Shown here one piece after another: positions 63,511 to 64,000 of a DNA stretch of 64,000 nucleotides. The DNA comes from Phoronis australis. Taxonomy: Eukaryota > Animalia > Phoronida. The DNA lies in contig NMRA01000727.1 in assembly GCA_002633005.1 (NCBI GenBank), positions 1 through 64,000 of the forward strand, in the 5' to 3' direction. The position numbers were made by a program, and so were the translations under genes. The first letter of the stretch is position 1, and every line of letters starts with the position of its first letter. A model generated the notes under the pieces. It was given only the letters and a program-made list of their open reading frames with translations, was not told the origin of the DNA and made no database searches.

Positions 63511-64000
63511 AACCACAGTTCAGCTACAAACAAAAATAAAATATGTGTACCAAACTACATGTACATGTATTTGCTGGCTTTGTCAGCTATGGAAAGGTCA
63601 CGTACAGTATGTGACACTGAGGCGAACAGCCAGTCTCCAGACGTTGAACACTAAATGGAACACTGACAATTGACTCCTTTAACCGTATGACTACACCAAG
63701 AGAAGAACAATTTGTTCATACTTAACGTCAGTTTCGTACATGATCATGTTCCATCCATTTTCTCTGTTCAAGTTTAAAAACTACCAATGTAGATAGCTTG
63801 GCAAACTTGCCGAAGACTATGGATTATTCTTTGGCCGTGCATATTGAAGAGTTTGGTAAAATCATAGGCTGAAAATCAGATGATTTTCAGTAGTTCACGC
63901 GTCCCTTTAATGCAGACTGTACAGTTCGTGTACCCGCTGACACCTCAACAGCCGCCTTGCATGTATTTAACAGTTCGAGCTGGTCACCAGTGCCCGCTGG

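Overview
Eukaryotic, AT-rich, repeat-dense genomic DNA from an invertebrate animal (lophotrochozoan-like by repeat content; this is inference). Almost the whole window (5919-63510, minus strand) is one spliced gene that I reconstructed by hand from at least 15 GT-AG exons with compatible phases. It encodes an about 693-aa predicted type I membrane protein: signal peptide, ShKT x3, C-type lectin, ShKT, C-type lectin, an unassigned Cys module, TSP1 x2, TM, cytoplasmic tail. A single convergent ATIC/purH exon lies at 507-632. The introns hold many decayed transposons: a Tx1/L1-clade LINE, a Sola3 element, five Kolobok-type TTAA elements, Helentron-associated (HINE-like) elements carrying arrays of CTCF-like motifs, an EnSpm-like shell, and a Ginger-like integrase+OTU element with a 6-bp TSD that is interrupted by its own inverted derivative. 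The octamer TACATGTA is strongly over-represented, and three paralog comparisons show it arising as a 6-bp insertion, consistent with Tc1/mariner excision footprints. All coordinates and alignments were done by eye.
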